Shown piece by piece: positions 53,815 to 63,406 of a DNA stretch of 64,000 nucleotides (position 1 is its first letter; every line of letters begins with the position of its first letter). Location of the stretch: the IMG/VR virus record IMGVR_UViG_3300029267_004155; one strand, written 5' to 3'. The notes beneath the pieces were generated by a model, which had not been told where the DNA came from, did not search any database, and saw only the letters and a list, made by a program, of their open reading frames with translations. The DNA is from a virus (taxonomy: Duplodnaviria; Caudoviricetes). Made by a program: the position numbers and the translations under genes.

Positions 53815-54501
53815 ATGGCTGACATGAAGGCGAGGAGAGTCAAGGTCGGTGAGCCCCTGGAGGTTTCTCCGATGGAGTTCGAGGACATACCGGGAAGCGA
53901 GATCGTGAAGCGCGGCCTGGAGGTCGCCTTGGCCGGTGGCCATCCGATCTTGCTCCTTGCGAGCGCGGGGTCGTACGGGGACGCCCTGGCGGAGGCCGGG
54001 GGCGTGATGGCGAAGGAGGCCGGGCTCTTCTTCGACTGTCTCGTCTATCCCGTGTGTCCCTGTGGGGCCCACGGCACGCCGGACGTGGAGTGCAAGTGCG
54101 GCGTCGAGGAGTTGGAGGAGCACTACGACGTCCTGGCGGCCGAGCTGGACGGCTTCGATCTGGTGGTCGAGTGTGTCCGGCCGAGACATAAGGAGGTCGT
54201 GTCGGGAAGGAAGGGCGAGAGCGCGGAGGTCGTGATGCGGCGCGTTCGGAAGTCCGGGGACAGGGAGCGTCCCAAGGAGCTTGACGATGGCGCGAAGGCC
54301 ATGATGAGGCTCGCGATGGGCGATCTGGGGAACCTCGACTATGACAGGACGGTTCGGGTGGCGGCCACGATAGCCGCCCTGGACGGGTGCGACGAGATTG
54401 GCGCATCCCATGCGTGCGAGGCCATTCAGTACAGGTTCTTGAACGACATGTGGGTTCGCCGGAAGGAGAAGAGGGTGACGGTTGACGGGAGGAAGGCATG
54501 A
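53815..54501 (+). CDS. Miniature ComM/YifB (Mg-chelatase-related) homolog lacking the AAA+ core
   Basis: FEDIPG...KRGLEVA.AGGH.ILL, PVCPCG...C.C, GES....RRV, YDR.VRVA.TIA.LDG...I...H..EAIQYR; the Walker A position reads ASAGSYGD. Confidence 0.7.
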   Translation: MADMKARRVKVGEPLEVSPMEFEDIPGSEIVKRGLEVALAGGHPILLLASAGSYGDALAEAGGVMAKEAGLFFDCLVYPVCPCGAHGTPDVECKCGVEELEEHYDVLAAELDGFDLVVECVRPRHKEVVSGRKGESAEVVMRRVRKSGDRERPKELDDGAKAMMRLAMGDLGNLDYDRTVRVAATIAALDGCDEIGASHACEAIQYRFLNDMWVRRKEKRVTVDGRKA

Positions 54502-55241
54502 CGGGGACGCACATGGCGATGTTGATGGAGGACCTGGTCGAGACGGTCCAGAGGACCTTCGAGGACGGCGTCCGGGAGGTGATCCGGGCCGAGGCGGACC
54601 GGGTCCCCTCCTGGGAGCGTCATAAGGTCGACGTGCCGGAGGGGGCCTCCGGCGACTGGGCCGTGGAGCGCTTCTCCGTCACGCCGGAGGAGGAGTCGTT
54701 CGAGAAGATGAGGTGCGCCTTCAATCCGCAGCGGGTGGCGAGGTTCGCGCCGGTGGGGGACTACACCCGCCTGGTCCGCGGGAACGGCGTCGTGATGTCG
54801 GACACCCCGGACGAGATCATGGACCACATGGAGCCGATGAGGAGGGCGAGGGGGCGCTGCCTGGTGAACGGGCTCGGGCTCGGCATGGTGGCCGAGGGGA
54901 TGCTCCGGAGGCCGGACGTGGAGCGGGTGACGGTGGTGGAGCTCTCCGAGGACGTGATCGCCCTGGTGGGGCCTCACTACCGGGCCCGCCATGGCGACCG
55001 CCTGGAGATCGTCCACGGCGACGCCTTCGAGTGGGTCCCGCCGAGGGGCGTCCGGTACGACGTCGTCTGGCACGACATTTTTGATGATATTAGTGCCGAC
55101 AATTTGCCCCTCATGACTCGTCTAAAGCGTCGTTATTGTCGGCGTTGTGATTGGCAAGGATGCTGGGCTGAGGATCAATGTAGGAATCAAAAGAAGCGGA
55201 TGAAGAGTGGCAGGGTTTCCAGCCGGAAGGGGCTGTACTAA
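54498..55241 (+). CDS. Spermidine-synthase-like SAM-dependent methyltransferase
   Basis: MSDTPDE, CLVNGLGLGM, VTVVELSEDVI.LV, GDAFEW, YDVVWHDI. Confidence 0.75.
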   Translation: MTGTHMAMLMEDLVETVQRTFEDGVREVIRAEADRVPSWERHKVDVPEGASGDWAVERFSVTPEEESFEKMRCAFNPQRVARFAPVGDYTRLVRGNGVVMSDTPDEIMDHMEPMRRARGRCLVNGLGLGMVAEGMLRRPDVERVTVVELSEDVIALVGPHYRARHGDRLEIVHGDAFEWVPPRGVRYDVVWHDIFDDISADNLPLMTRLKRRYCRRCDWQGCWAEDQCRNQKKRMKSGRVSSRKGLY

Positions 55242-55478
55242 GGAGTGCGACATGATTGACTACGTGGCGATCAAGGAGACGATCTCGGCCATGAGGGGCG
55301 CGGCCCGGGCGAAGATGGAGGAGCAGGCGCTGGCGGGCGTCTGTGACAGGTGCGGCGGTGACATGGAGCCGGAAATCCTCACCCATCCCGTCACGGGCGA
55401 GACGAAGGTGATGATTCTCTGCCCGAAGTGCCGGAAGGAGTACCATCAGGAGCTCGTGGAAAGGGGACTGCTAAGACG

Positions 55479-56135
55479 ATGAACAAGATCAGAGAAAAGC
55501 TGAACGAGGACGGGACCGTCGCCATCGACGAGTTCGGGCAGTTAATAATTACGACGATGGACAGCCAGGGCTACGAGATGACGTGTTGGCCGATCGACGT
55601 TCGGGGCCGGACCTGCGGCATCTGCGGGGAGGGCTGGGAGCTGACGCCGGAGTCGGTGAAGGACCAGTACCACCATGGGCAGGCAGGCTGCCTCGTGCAC
55701 GTCACGTGCCTCGAGCGCTATCTTCAGTTCCGGCAGAGGATCATGTTGATGGACGCCATTGCCGAGTCTGGGTTCATGATCGAGGAGGTCAGGCAGATCG
55801 AGAACCAGTACTGGGGCGCCTGGAACACCTGCTGGTACAAGGTGAAGCTGGTGTCGTCTCTCGATCTGGTCCTGACGTTCGGGAGCCGGAAGCGCGTCTT
55901 CCACGTCGGGCTGGAGGTGGGAAAGCCGGAGTCGGACACGGACCTCCGTGGCCTGGAGGCCGAGTTCGAGGGCGAGAGGGTGACCAAGGGCTTCGACCGT
56001 CACGGATGCTACCTCCACGCCCACAGCGACGAGAAGGTTGCGGAGTACATCGCCAAGATGTCCGGGGCTTTCGAGCTGCCGGAGAAGAAGGGCGGCTTCG
56101 TCTCCGCCGGCACGACCAAGTTCAGGATGGGATGA
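55479..56135 (+). CDS. Hypothetical protein
   Basis: ATGA coupling; CGIC...H..C and IENQYW motifs. Confidence 0.6.
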   Translation: MNKIREKLNEDGTVAIDEFGQLIITTMDSQGYEMTCWPIDVRGRTCGICGEGWELTPESVKDQYHHGQAGCLVHVTCLERYLQFRQRIMLMDAIAESGFMIEEVRQIENQYWGAWNTCWYKVKLVSSLDLVLTFGSRKRVFHVGLEVGKPESDTDLRGLEAEFEGERVTKGFDRHGCYLHAHSDEKVAEYIAKMSGAFELPEKKGGFVSAGTTKFRMG

Positions 56136-56623
56136 GGATATGAGCAGGACGTACAACAGAGGCCCGTGCTACGTCTGCGGCAAGGACGTCTCCTGTGCCG
56201 GCTTCGCCCGGACGGCCCACAACCGGATGCACGTCCGGGAGGGCCTGATGACCGGAGACCGTGAAGCACTACTGGTTCAAAGGACACCACGAGGAGTTTA
56301 GCACGTTCGACTTGACCGCTAAGGGGTTCGAGGTCCGCAAGGAGAACATGAAGAGGCGTCGGGAGGAGTTCGAGGCCCGGAAGGCGATGGAGGAGTGAAT
56401 CCATGAGCATCATGAGCGACGCGTTCACGCACGGCACTCTCAAAGAGGTTGGCGACCTGATCGGGCGGCTTCAGGCGGAAGGGCGTGCGGCGGACTATGT
56501 CGTCGCCTATGTCCGTGGCTATTGCGAGCATTGGCAGAAGCATGACACGATGGACCCGAATGCCCCGCGGTTTGCGGGGCCGACAGATGAGGAGGAGACC
56601 TTGATAGAGAAGAGGAGGCGGAC

Positions 56624-57673
56624 ATGAGGATCGTAGACAGGATCGTGAGGCCGAGGCAGGAGGGAGGCGTCGACTATGGCGCCGAGAGGGTCGTGGTCGC
56701 CCAGGCCGGGGGTCGCGAGGTCATCTGGCAGAAGGGGTCCATGTGCTGGTCGGGCCTCGGGGAGCAGTCCTACCACGAGGCCTCCCTGGAGATGGTGGTC
56801 CGGGAGGGGCCGTTGCCGTCCGGCTGGCAGTCCTGGAAGAAGAACGAGACCCTTCGGAGCGGGGGCAGGTTGTCCCGGGCGCTCCTGGGAGGGATGGACA
56901 CCCGCATCAGGGGCTTCCTCCGGCTGAGGAACGGGACCAAGAGCGTCTTTCTTCTCCACAAGCGGGGAAAGACGGTGGTCTACGAGAAGGGCGACTTCAG
57001 GGTCGAGGTGGCGCCGAGCGAGCAGCCCGCGCCGAGTGAGCAGCCCGCGCCGACGGAGCCCGATCCTCCCAGGCCCGTGAGGCCGGACCCGGCGACGGAC
57101 GCGAGGAGCCGGCTGCGCCGGTGGGTGGCCGAGTGCGGGAGCCGCGGCATGACCCGCGACCAGATGGTTGACATTCTCCAGGAGGAGGCGAGGGGCATGA
57201 GGCCCGAGAGGCCGAAGCCCCGGAAGGAGGACCTCGCCCCGGTGCCGGAGGAGTGCGTGGGCGACGCGGTGGTGGACCATCCGGAGGAGAGGATTTACCG
57301 GGAGGTCTCGGCTCCCCTCCTCGGGGAGGGCCGGACCAAGATCGTCCGGGCGCATCCCCTCACGGCGATCGAGGCGACGGACATGGTGAGGCCGTCCGCG
57401 GGCTTCTGCGCGAAGTGTTCGGACGCGCTGACGAAGGAGACGGCGTCGGGGGTCAGGGAGCTTGTCGGCTGCCGGCTGACCGAGGACCCGGCGAACGGCG
57501 AGAGCTGCCCGCTCGGCAACGCGTGGAGGGTCGTGGGAGACCATCCGACGCTCGCGGGGCCCGACAAGGTCTTTCGGGGCGCGAGAGCCCACCTGGAGGC
57601 CATCCGCTACGCCGGGAGGCTCGTGGTCGTGGGATTCAAGGGCGTGAAGGTCGAGGGAGTGGAGGAAAGTTGA
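56624..57673 (+). CDS. Hypothetical protein with Pro-rich linker
   Basis: RBS GAGGAGG; APSEQP repeated. Confidence 0.6.
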   Translation: MRIVDRIVRPRQEGGVDYGAERVVVAQAGGREVIWQKGSMCWSGLGEQSYHEASLEMVVREGPLPSGWQSWKKNETLRSGGRLSRALLGGMDTRIRGFLRLRNGTKSVFLLHKRGKTVVYEKGDFRVEVAPSEQPAPSEQPAPTEPDPPRPVRPDPATDARSRLRRWVAECGSRGMTRDQMVDILQEEARGMRPERPKPRKEDLAPVPEECVGDAVVDHPEERIYREVSAPLLGEGRTKIVRAHPLTAIEATDMVRPSAGFCAKCSDALTKETASGVRELVGCRLTEDPANGESCPLGNAWRVVGDHPTLAGPDKVFRGARAHLEAIRYAGRLVVVGFKGVKVEGVEES

Positions 57674-57681
57674 CGTGACGC

Positions 57682-57711
57682 GTGGAAAACTGTCCTCTTT
57701 TGGCAATATGG
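57682..57711 (+). promoter_or_regulatory. Conserved 30-bp promoter motif, copy 5
   Basis: GTGGAAAACTGTCCTCTTTTGGCAATATGG upstream of the radC-like gene. Confidence 0.8.
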
Positions 57712-57748
57712 GGGTGTGAGACGAGTCTGAACCAAAGGAGGACGAGAG

Positions 57749-58195
57749 ATGGAGTACCGCGAGATCATGGAGGCCTTCAGCCAGTACGTGAAGGAAGAGA
57801 AGCCCCGGGTTGAGTCCCCGACCGACATGGCGAGGATGATGCGCCCGATATTCCACGGCCTCCGGCAGGAGGAGTTTCATGTCATCCTCCTGAACGCGAA
57901 TAACAGGATAGTCAAGGATGTCATGGTGACGCGGGGGCTGGCCGACAGGAGCATGGTGCACGCCCGGGAGGTCTTCCGGGAGGCGATCGTGGCGAACGCG
58001 AGCAGGATCGTCCTCGCGCACAACCACCCGTCCGGGGACCTGACCCCGTCGCCGAACGACATTCACACCACGGGAGGGCTCGTGGAGGCTGGCAAGATCA
58101 TCGGCATCGAGGTGATAGATCACGTGATCATGGGAAGCAGGACCGGGCAGAGGGAGAAGGACTACCTGAGCTTCAGAGAGGAGAATCTGATATGA
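57749..58195 (+). CDS. radC: RadC-like JAB domain protein
   Basis: QEEFHVILLN, VHAREVF, LAHNHPSGD..PS..D...T, IEVIDHVI. Confidence 0.9.
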   Translation: MEYREIMEAFSQYVKEEKPRVESPTDMARMMRPIFHGLRQEEFHVILLNANNRIVKDVMVTRGLADRSMVHAREVFREAIVANASRIVLAHNHPSGDLTPSPNDIHTTGGLVEAGKIIGIEVIDHVIMGSRTGQREKDYLSFREENLI

Positions 58196-58557
58196 AGAAG
58201 CAGGACAAGGAGACGTTCCTGAGGGAGGCCGTGGCGATCCTGGAGCACGAGGGCGCGAGGAGGGTCGAGGGCCACTTGGACGCCGAGAGGTGGGAGGCCT
58301 TCGAGCTGGAGACGGCGGTCGGCAGGCTGACGGCCGACGTCGAGAGGGAGCCGAAGGGGGGCTGCACCGTCTTCTGCCGCTTCGAGGATGTCGGGCGGGC
58401 GGCGACCCTGGGGCTCAACCGGTTCAACCCGCACTCGGGCAAGTATAATTTCCACGCCGGTGCGAAGTGCGACGTGGTCGAGGCGTTCAGGAACCATGTC
58501 GGCCGGGCGTGCGAGGGGATGACCTTGCCCGTCAGGCAATCCGGGAGTGTGATGTGA
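58192..58557 (+). CDS. Hypothetical protein
   Basis: T..G.L...VFCRFED...NPHSGKYNFH phage-type motif. Confidence 0.65.
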   Translation: MKKQDKETFLREAVAILEHEGARRVEGHLDAERWEAFELETAVGRLTADVEREPKGGCTVFCRFEDVGRAATLGLNRFNPHSGKYNFHAGAKCDVVEAFRNHVGRACEGMTLPVRQSGSVM

Positions 58558-58580
58558 CAGAAGAAATGGAGGATGGGCAG

Positions 58581-59084
58581 ATGGGACAGAAGCAGGTTAT
58601 GTATTTCGCGGGCATTCCGGTTCCTCCGGATGTCGAGCTGCTGCTCGACAAGGTGGATGTGTCGGAGGGGAACCGAATCCCCTACTGGGAGATAGAGAGG
58701 TTGCTGGGCATCAGGCGAGACGGTAGCCGGTGGCGTACCGTCGTCTCCGGGTGGCGGAAGCGCCTGGAGGCGGAGCGGGTGGTGCAGTTGATATGCGATA
58801 GGGGGAAGGCTTTCGTGGTGGCGAACCCGCCAGAGCGCGTCGTCGTCAGCACCTGCCATGTGAAGAGGATGGTCAACTCGGCCGCTCGCGCCGCCAAGAT
58901 CGCGATGAGGACGCCGGAGGCGGACCTGGGAGCCGAGGACAAGCTGAGGCGCGCCTACGTCATCGGGCTGACGGACAAGCTGGCCTCGCTGGTGGCGCAG
59001 GAGAGGAGCGGACTTCACATGGCGCTTTCGGCCTTGAGGAAGGCCAAGGCGCTTCCTTCCGGGACGAATAACGGGAAAAAGTGA
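58581..59084 (+). CDS. Basic hypothetical protein, paralog A
   Basis: MGQKQVMYFAGIPVPPDVELLL...; near-identical N half to 60401. Confidence 0.7.
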   Translation: MGQKQVMYFAGIPVPPDVELLLDKVDVSEGNRIPYWEIERLLGIRRDGSRWRTVVSGWRKRLEAERVVQLICDRGKAFVVANPPERVVVSTCHVKRMVNSAARAAKIAMRTPEADLGAEDKLRRAYVIGLTDKLASLVAQERSGLHMALSALRKAKALPSGTNNGKK

Positions 59085-59092
59085 CGCGACGA

Positions 59093-59122
59093 GTGGAAAA
59101 CGTTGCTCGTTTGGCAATATAG
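59093..59122 (+). promoter_or_regulatory. Conserved 30-bp promoter motif, copy 6
   Basis: GTGGAAAACGTTGCTCGTTTGGCAATATAG. Confidence 0.75.
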
Positions 59123-59186
59123 GGTTGATGAGACAAGGCACTTCAAGGCACTTCAAGGCAGACGAGGCAGACAGAGGAGATGGAAG

Positions 59187-60209
59187 ATGGCTCAGGAAAA
59201 GAATGAAGTAGTTGTGTGCTCAGGGGGGCATGAAGTCCAAGCCTCGTGCGGCGGGAGGTGGCTGGGGCTCGATGTGACGTCGGTGGGTCGTTGCCGTGTC
59301 GGGTTCAGGATCGTCGAGCAGGTGTTGCGCGGAAGCGAGTTCGCCCCGATGTGTCCCGAGACTCCCTGGTCCTTCGAGGCGGGGGACCTGGCGTTGATCT
59401 CGGGCGAGGGGCCGGGGTGGGAGCCTGGGAAGCCCAACTGCAACCTGTTCGTGCGAGGCACGGACCGGAAGAAGGATGGCGTCACCTCTCGGTGCGGTCC
59501 GGTCCAGTGGGAGAGCATCTGCAAGGCCGTCGACCTCTACAACGAGGAGATGGAAAGGCACGTGGCCGTGAATGTCTCCGGCGACGTGGTTGCCGAGATG
59601 GTCCGGAAGGCCGTGGACGACGAGGGGGTGGTTCTGCCTTCGGAATACCATGGAGGGAAATGGCTGAGGGTGGGGTTGATGGGTCGCGGGAGTGGTTTTG
59701 TCCGGTTCAGGATCGTCGAGCAGGCGCTGCGCGGAAGCGAGTTCGCCCCGATGTGTCCCGAGACTCCGGGGTCCTTCAGCGTTCCCGAGGCGGGGATGAC
59801 CTTGGTTTCGAACGTCAGGCCGGAGTGGACGGGGTCTCCTGTCCAGAGTACCTTGTCCGTGCGGGGCTCGAACGAGAGGTCTGACGATGTCACTGTCAGA
59901 TGCGGGTCGGCCCAGTGGGAGCGCATCTGCAAGGCCGTCGACCTCTACAACGAGGAGATGGAGCGGTGCGCCGGGGCTCAGCTGGCGTCCGCGGGCGCCG
60001 AGGCTGGCGACCCGTTCGGCGATCCGGAGGGGCTTGCTCCTCCGGCGGCCAGTGAGGGCGTGAAGGCGCCAGAGGTGGTTCCCGAGACGTCCGCCGAGGA
60101 TGTCCGGCTGGCGCCGGGGTCCGAGGAGGGGGTGGCCGCGATCCTGCGGCTGGGCGGCAAGGTTGTCTACGTGGCGGCCGGGGCGCATGTCACGATCAAC
60201 ATCGGGTGA
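59187..60209 (+). CDS. Protein with two copies of an unknown ~100-aa domain, paralog A
   Basis: GG.WL...FRIVEQ.LRGSEFAPMCPETP...VRG...RCG..QWE.ICKAVDLYNEEM occurs twice. Confidence 0.75.
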   Translation: MAQEKNEVVVCSGGHEVQASCGGRWLGLDVTSVGRCRVGFRIVEQVLRGSEFAPMCPETPWSFEAGDLALISGEGPGWEPGKPNCNLFVRGTDRKKDGVTSRCGPVQWESICKAVDLYNEEMERHVAVNVSGDVVAEMVRKAVDDEGVVLPSEYHGGKWLRVGLMGRGSGFVRFRIVEQALRGSEFAPMCPETPGSFSVPEAGMTLVSNVRPEWTGSPVQSTLSVRGSNERSDDVTVRCGSAQWERICKAVDLYNEEMERCAGAQLASAGAEAGDPFGDPEGLAPPAASEGVKAPEVVPETSAEDVRLAPGSEEGVAAILRLGGKVVYVAAGAHVTINIG

Positions 60210-60400
60210 GCGACTCTGTGGAGGTGACTTGTGAAGGCGAAGACCTGGAGCAAGAAGTTGAGCGGCGAGAGGATCAGGGGCGCGCTGTGCGATGTGGTCG
60301 AGGCGTTCAGGAGCCATGTCGGCCGGGCGTGCGAAGGGATGACCTTGCCCGTCAGGCAATCCGGGAGTGTGACGTGACAGAGGAAATGGAGGATGGGCAG

Positions 60401-60901
60401 ATGGGACAGAAGCAGGCCATGTATTTCGCGGGCATTCCGGTTCCTCCGGACGTCGAGCTGTTGCTCGACAAGGTGGATGTGTCGGAGGGGAACCGAATCC
60501 CGTATCTGGAGATAGAGAGGATGCTGGGGGTTCGACGTGATAGCCATCGGTGGGGAACCGTCGTCTCCGGGTGGCGGAAGCGCCTGGAGGCGGAGCGGGT
60601 GGTGCAGTTGATATGCGATAGGGGGAAGGCTTTCGTGGTGGCGAACGACAGCGAGCGTGTCGTCGTCAGCAACAGCCACATGAGCAGGAGTGTCAACTCG
60701 GCACGTCGCGCCCTTGAGATAGCGCTGAGGACGCCGGTGTCCAAGCTGGACGCGAGTGACAGGATCAAGCGCAAGCACCTTGTCAGGTTGGCGACGAAGA
60801 TAGCGCTCCTGGAGGCGAGGGAGGGTGCCAGGCTCCGCAGGAAGCTGGCTTCGGCGAATGGTCGGAAGGGGCTTCCGCCGGCTGGTGGCGGGAAGAAATG
60901 A
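60401..60901 (+). CDS. Basic hypothetical protein, paralog B
   Basis: MGQKQAMYFAGIPVPPDVELLL... Confidence 0.7.
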   Translation: MGQKQAMYFAGIPVPPDVELLLDKVDVSEGNRIPYLEIERMLGVRRDSHRWGTVVSGWRKRLEAERVVQLICDRGKAFVVANDSERVVVSNSHMSRSVNSARRALEIALRTPVSKLDASDRIKRKHLVRLATKIALLEAREGARLRRKLASANGRKGLPPAGGGKK

Positions 60902-60922
60902 GAAAAATAATTCGCGGGACGT

Positions 60923-60952
60923 GTGGAAAACTTCGCTCTTTTGGCAATATGG
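60923..60952 (+). promoter_or_regulatory. Conserved 30-bp promoter motif, copy 7
   Basis: GTGGAAAACTTCGCTCTTTTGGCAATATGG. Confidence 0.8.
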
Positions 60953-60959
60953 GGTAGAA

Positions 60960-61013
60960 CAAGGCAGACAAGGCAGACAAGGCAGACAAGGCAGACAGGG
61001 CAGACAAAGGAGA
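60960..61013 (+). repeat. 9-bp tandem repeat CAAGGCAGA (4 perfect plus 2 degenerate) in a 5' leader
   Basis: Read directly; related CAAGGCA units occur at 59134-59171. Confidence 0.9.
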
Positions 61014-61019
61014 AGGACG

Positions 61020-62069
61020 ATGCACGTAAGGGACTTGGCACCCGGTGAGACGTTGGTGGACGCGTTTGGAGAGCCGATCCAGATGTCGTGCGGCGGGGAG
61101 TGGCTCCGCGTTGACGCGCTGTCGGTGTATAAAAGCGCCGTTCGGTTCAGGATCGTGGAGCAGAAGCTGCGCGGGGAGAATTTCGCGTGGACTCGGCCTG
61201 AGACTCCGAGGTGCTTCAGCGTTCCCGAGGCGCGGATGGTGCTCATCTCGGATGACAGGATCGGTTTCTCCACGTCCGATTTGGAGTGCAACTTGTTCGT
61301 GCGGGGCTCGGAGCGGGGTGCGGATGGCACGAGCTGCAAGTGCGGGGTGCTCCAGTGGGGGCGCATCTGCACGGCCGTTGAGAGCTACAATGAGGAGATG
61401 GGGCGGAACGTCGGGGGCGTGGGGGCTTCCCTGGAGGAGTCGGCGCCTTTGGTTCCCGTTCCCGCCTCCAGTGAGCCTGGGGCTGAAAGGTGGTCGTGCG
61501 GCGGGGAGTGGCTCGGGCTGAAGGCGATGGCGATAGAGAAGGGCCGAGTTCGGTTCAGGATCGTGGAGCAGAAGCTGCGCGGGGAGAATTTCGCGTGGAC
61601 TCGGCCCGAGACTCCGAGGTGCTTCAGCGTTCCCGAGGCGGGGGTGGCCTTGGTTTCGAGTACCAAGCCGAAGTGGAAGGGGTCTCCTGTCCAGAGTACC
61701 CTGTTCGTGCGGGGCTCGGACGAGAAGGGTGACGACATCATTGCCAACTGCGGGGTGCTCCAGTGGGGGCGCATCTGCAAGGCCGTCGACCTCTACAACG
61801 AGGAGATGGGGGAGAATGTCGGGGCTTCGCTGGCGTCCGTGGGCGTCGAGGCCGACGCGTCGTGGTCCGAGAAGAACGCGGAGGTGGCCGTTCCGAAGGC
61901 TCCGGCGGCAAGTGAGGGCGTGAAGGCGCCAGAGGTGGTTCCCGAGGCGTCCGCTGAGGATGTCCGGTTGGCGCCGGGGTCCGAGGAGGGGGTGGCTGCG
62001 ATCCTGCGGCTGGGCGGCAAGGTTGTCTATGTGGCGGCCGGGGCGCATGTCACGATCAACATCGGGTGA
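61020..62069 (+). CDS. Protein with two copies of an unknown ~100-aa domain, paralog B
   Basis: CGGEWL...RFRIVEQKLRGENFAWTRPETPRCFSVPEA...LFVRGS...CGVLQWGRIC.AV..YNEEM occurs twice. Confidence 0.75.
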   Translation: MHVRDLAPGETLVDAFGEPIQMSCGGEWLRVDALSVYKSAVRFRIVEQKLRGENFAWTRPETPRCFSVPEARMVLISDDRIGFSTSDLECNLFVRGSERGADGTSCKCGVLQWGRICTAVESYNEEMGRNVGGVGASLEESAPLVPVPASSEPGAERWSCGGEWLGLKAMAIEKGRVRFRIVEQKLRGENFAWTRPETPRCFSVPEAGVALVSSTKPKWKGSPVQSTLFVRGSDEKGDDIIANCGVLQWGRICKAVDLYNEEMGENVGASLASVGVEADASWSEKNAEVAVPKAPAASEGVKAPEVVPEASAEDVRLAPGSEEGVAAILRLGGKVVYVAAGAHVTINIG

Positions 62070-62254
62070 GCGACTCTGTGGAGGTGACGACGTGAAGACC
62101 TGGAGCACGAAGTTGAGCGGTGAGAAAATCCGTGGAGTACTTTGTACGATGTGCATGTTCGGAACGACCAGGTTCTGCAAGAACTGCCGGTGCTGCCGGC
62201 ACATCTGCAACTGCGGGAAGTTCGAGCCCGCGAACAAGCTGAAGGGGAGATGAG

Positions 62255-62557
62255 ATGGGATACTACATCCAGGGACCGATGAGAGGCAAGGCTCAGTACA
62301 TCCGGACGCACGAGGAGGGTGTCACGGTGCTTCCGACGGCCGAGGCGGCGAGACGGGCCTACGCCGAGGGCATGGGCGTCGTGGCGGTGGTTGAGAACGG
62401 CCCGTTCGACGCGGCCGCCTTCGCGTTCGACGAGCGGGAGCTGGAGGTGTTCCTGGCGCCTGGAGATCGGCGTCCGCTGACGCTGCTTGCGATGGACCGG
62501 AAGAGGGCCGAGGAGCTGTCGGGCTACGCCGAGGCGATGGCGAAGAGGGAGAGGTGA
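62255..62557 (+). CDS. Hypothetical protein
   Basis: MGYYIQ...KA.YI...VVENGPFDAAAFAFD..E...F..P.D.RP phage-type motif. Confidence 0.7.
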   Translation: MGYYIQGPMRGKAQYIRTHEEGVTVLPTAEAARRAYAEGMGVVAVVENGPFDAAAFAFDERELEVFLAPGDRRPLTLLAMDRKRAEELSGYAEAMAKRER

Positions 62558-62926
62558 GCCGTGGGAGGACAAGCGCGTCTATGACGTGGAGGCCAGGCGA
62601 TGAAGGTTGTTGACGAGGGGCCGAAGGAGAAGGCCTTGGAGGCTTTCTCCGACCGTATTCGGGAGTTCGAGAACGTGTTCGCAAGGAGAGATGATGACTG
62701 ACGCAAAGCAATTCCTACTTGAGCTTGCCGATCTGATGGACAAGTTCGGCGTCGAGGAGGTCGAGGCGACCGACGAGGTTCGGGGCTACGACCGCGTGAA
62801 GACAGGCATCGAGTTTACCATCCCGACGAGGTGGGACGATGGCGAGATGACGAGGGACGATCAGAGCGTGAACGTTGGCAACTGGACTGACGCGAACAGT
62901 CTGAGAGTGCAGGCGGAGGCGATGAG

Positions 62927-63406
62927 GTGAAAGAGGTCGTCAAGGAAGCTCCGCACCTGAAGTGGCACGAGGGCGGTTCGGCCTACGTGTTCGACGAGGA
63001 GTGCGACACCTGTGGCGAGACCATGGAGGAGATGTCCTGCCGTTGCACGGGGACGGCCGACGAGTACGTCTACTGGTGTCCGGAGTGTGGGACGGTCCTG
63101 GATCGCTGGTACGAGAGGCACCCGATCAGGCCCGACATGTGGAAGCGCCCCCTGAGGACCGAGTGGAAGGGCCTCGTGGCTGCCGCGTGCCAGCGGGATG
63201 GCAAGGTTTACCGGGGAACTCGGCATGGCTGGATCATCGCCAGGATGATCGAGGCCGGGTGCGAGCCGCCGGTCAGGCGGCACGAGCAGGGCTTCGTGAC
63301 CGAGAAGGGAGTCTTCCTGTCGAGGGAGGCGGCGGCCATCTACGCCCATGAGCACGGGCAGACTTCCGAGATTGTCCGCAACTTGACGAGCGAGGACCTT
63401 TGGTGA
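62927..63406 (+). CDS. Zinc-finger hypothetical protein
   Basis: CDTCG...WCPECG; G.RH...EQGFVT..G.FLSR.AA...A...GQ......L.SEDLW. Confidence 0.65.
   Translation: MKEVVKEAPHLKWHEGGSAYVFDEECDTCGETMEEMSCRCTGTADEYVYWCPECGTVLDRWYERHPIRPDMWKRPLRTEWKGLVAAACQRDGKVYRGTRHGWIIARMIEAGCEPPVRRHEQGFVTEKGVFLSREAAAIYAHEHGQTSEIVRNLTSEDLW

Larger units (their letters stand above)
58467..62120 (+). repeat. ~1.8-kb tandem duplication (about 58467-60265 and 60287-62120)
   Basis: Offset 1820 at the left edge; both units contain a paralogous basic gene, the promoter, CAAGGCA repeats and a two-repeat protein ending LRLGGKVVYVAAGAHVTINIG. Confidence 0.9.
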
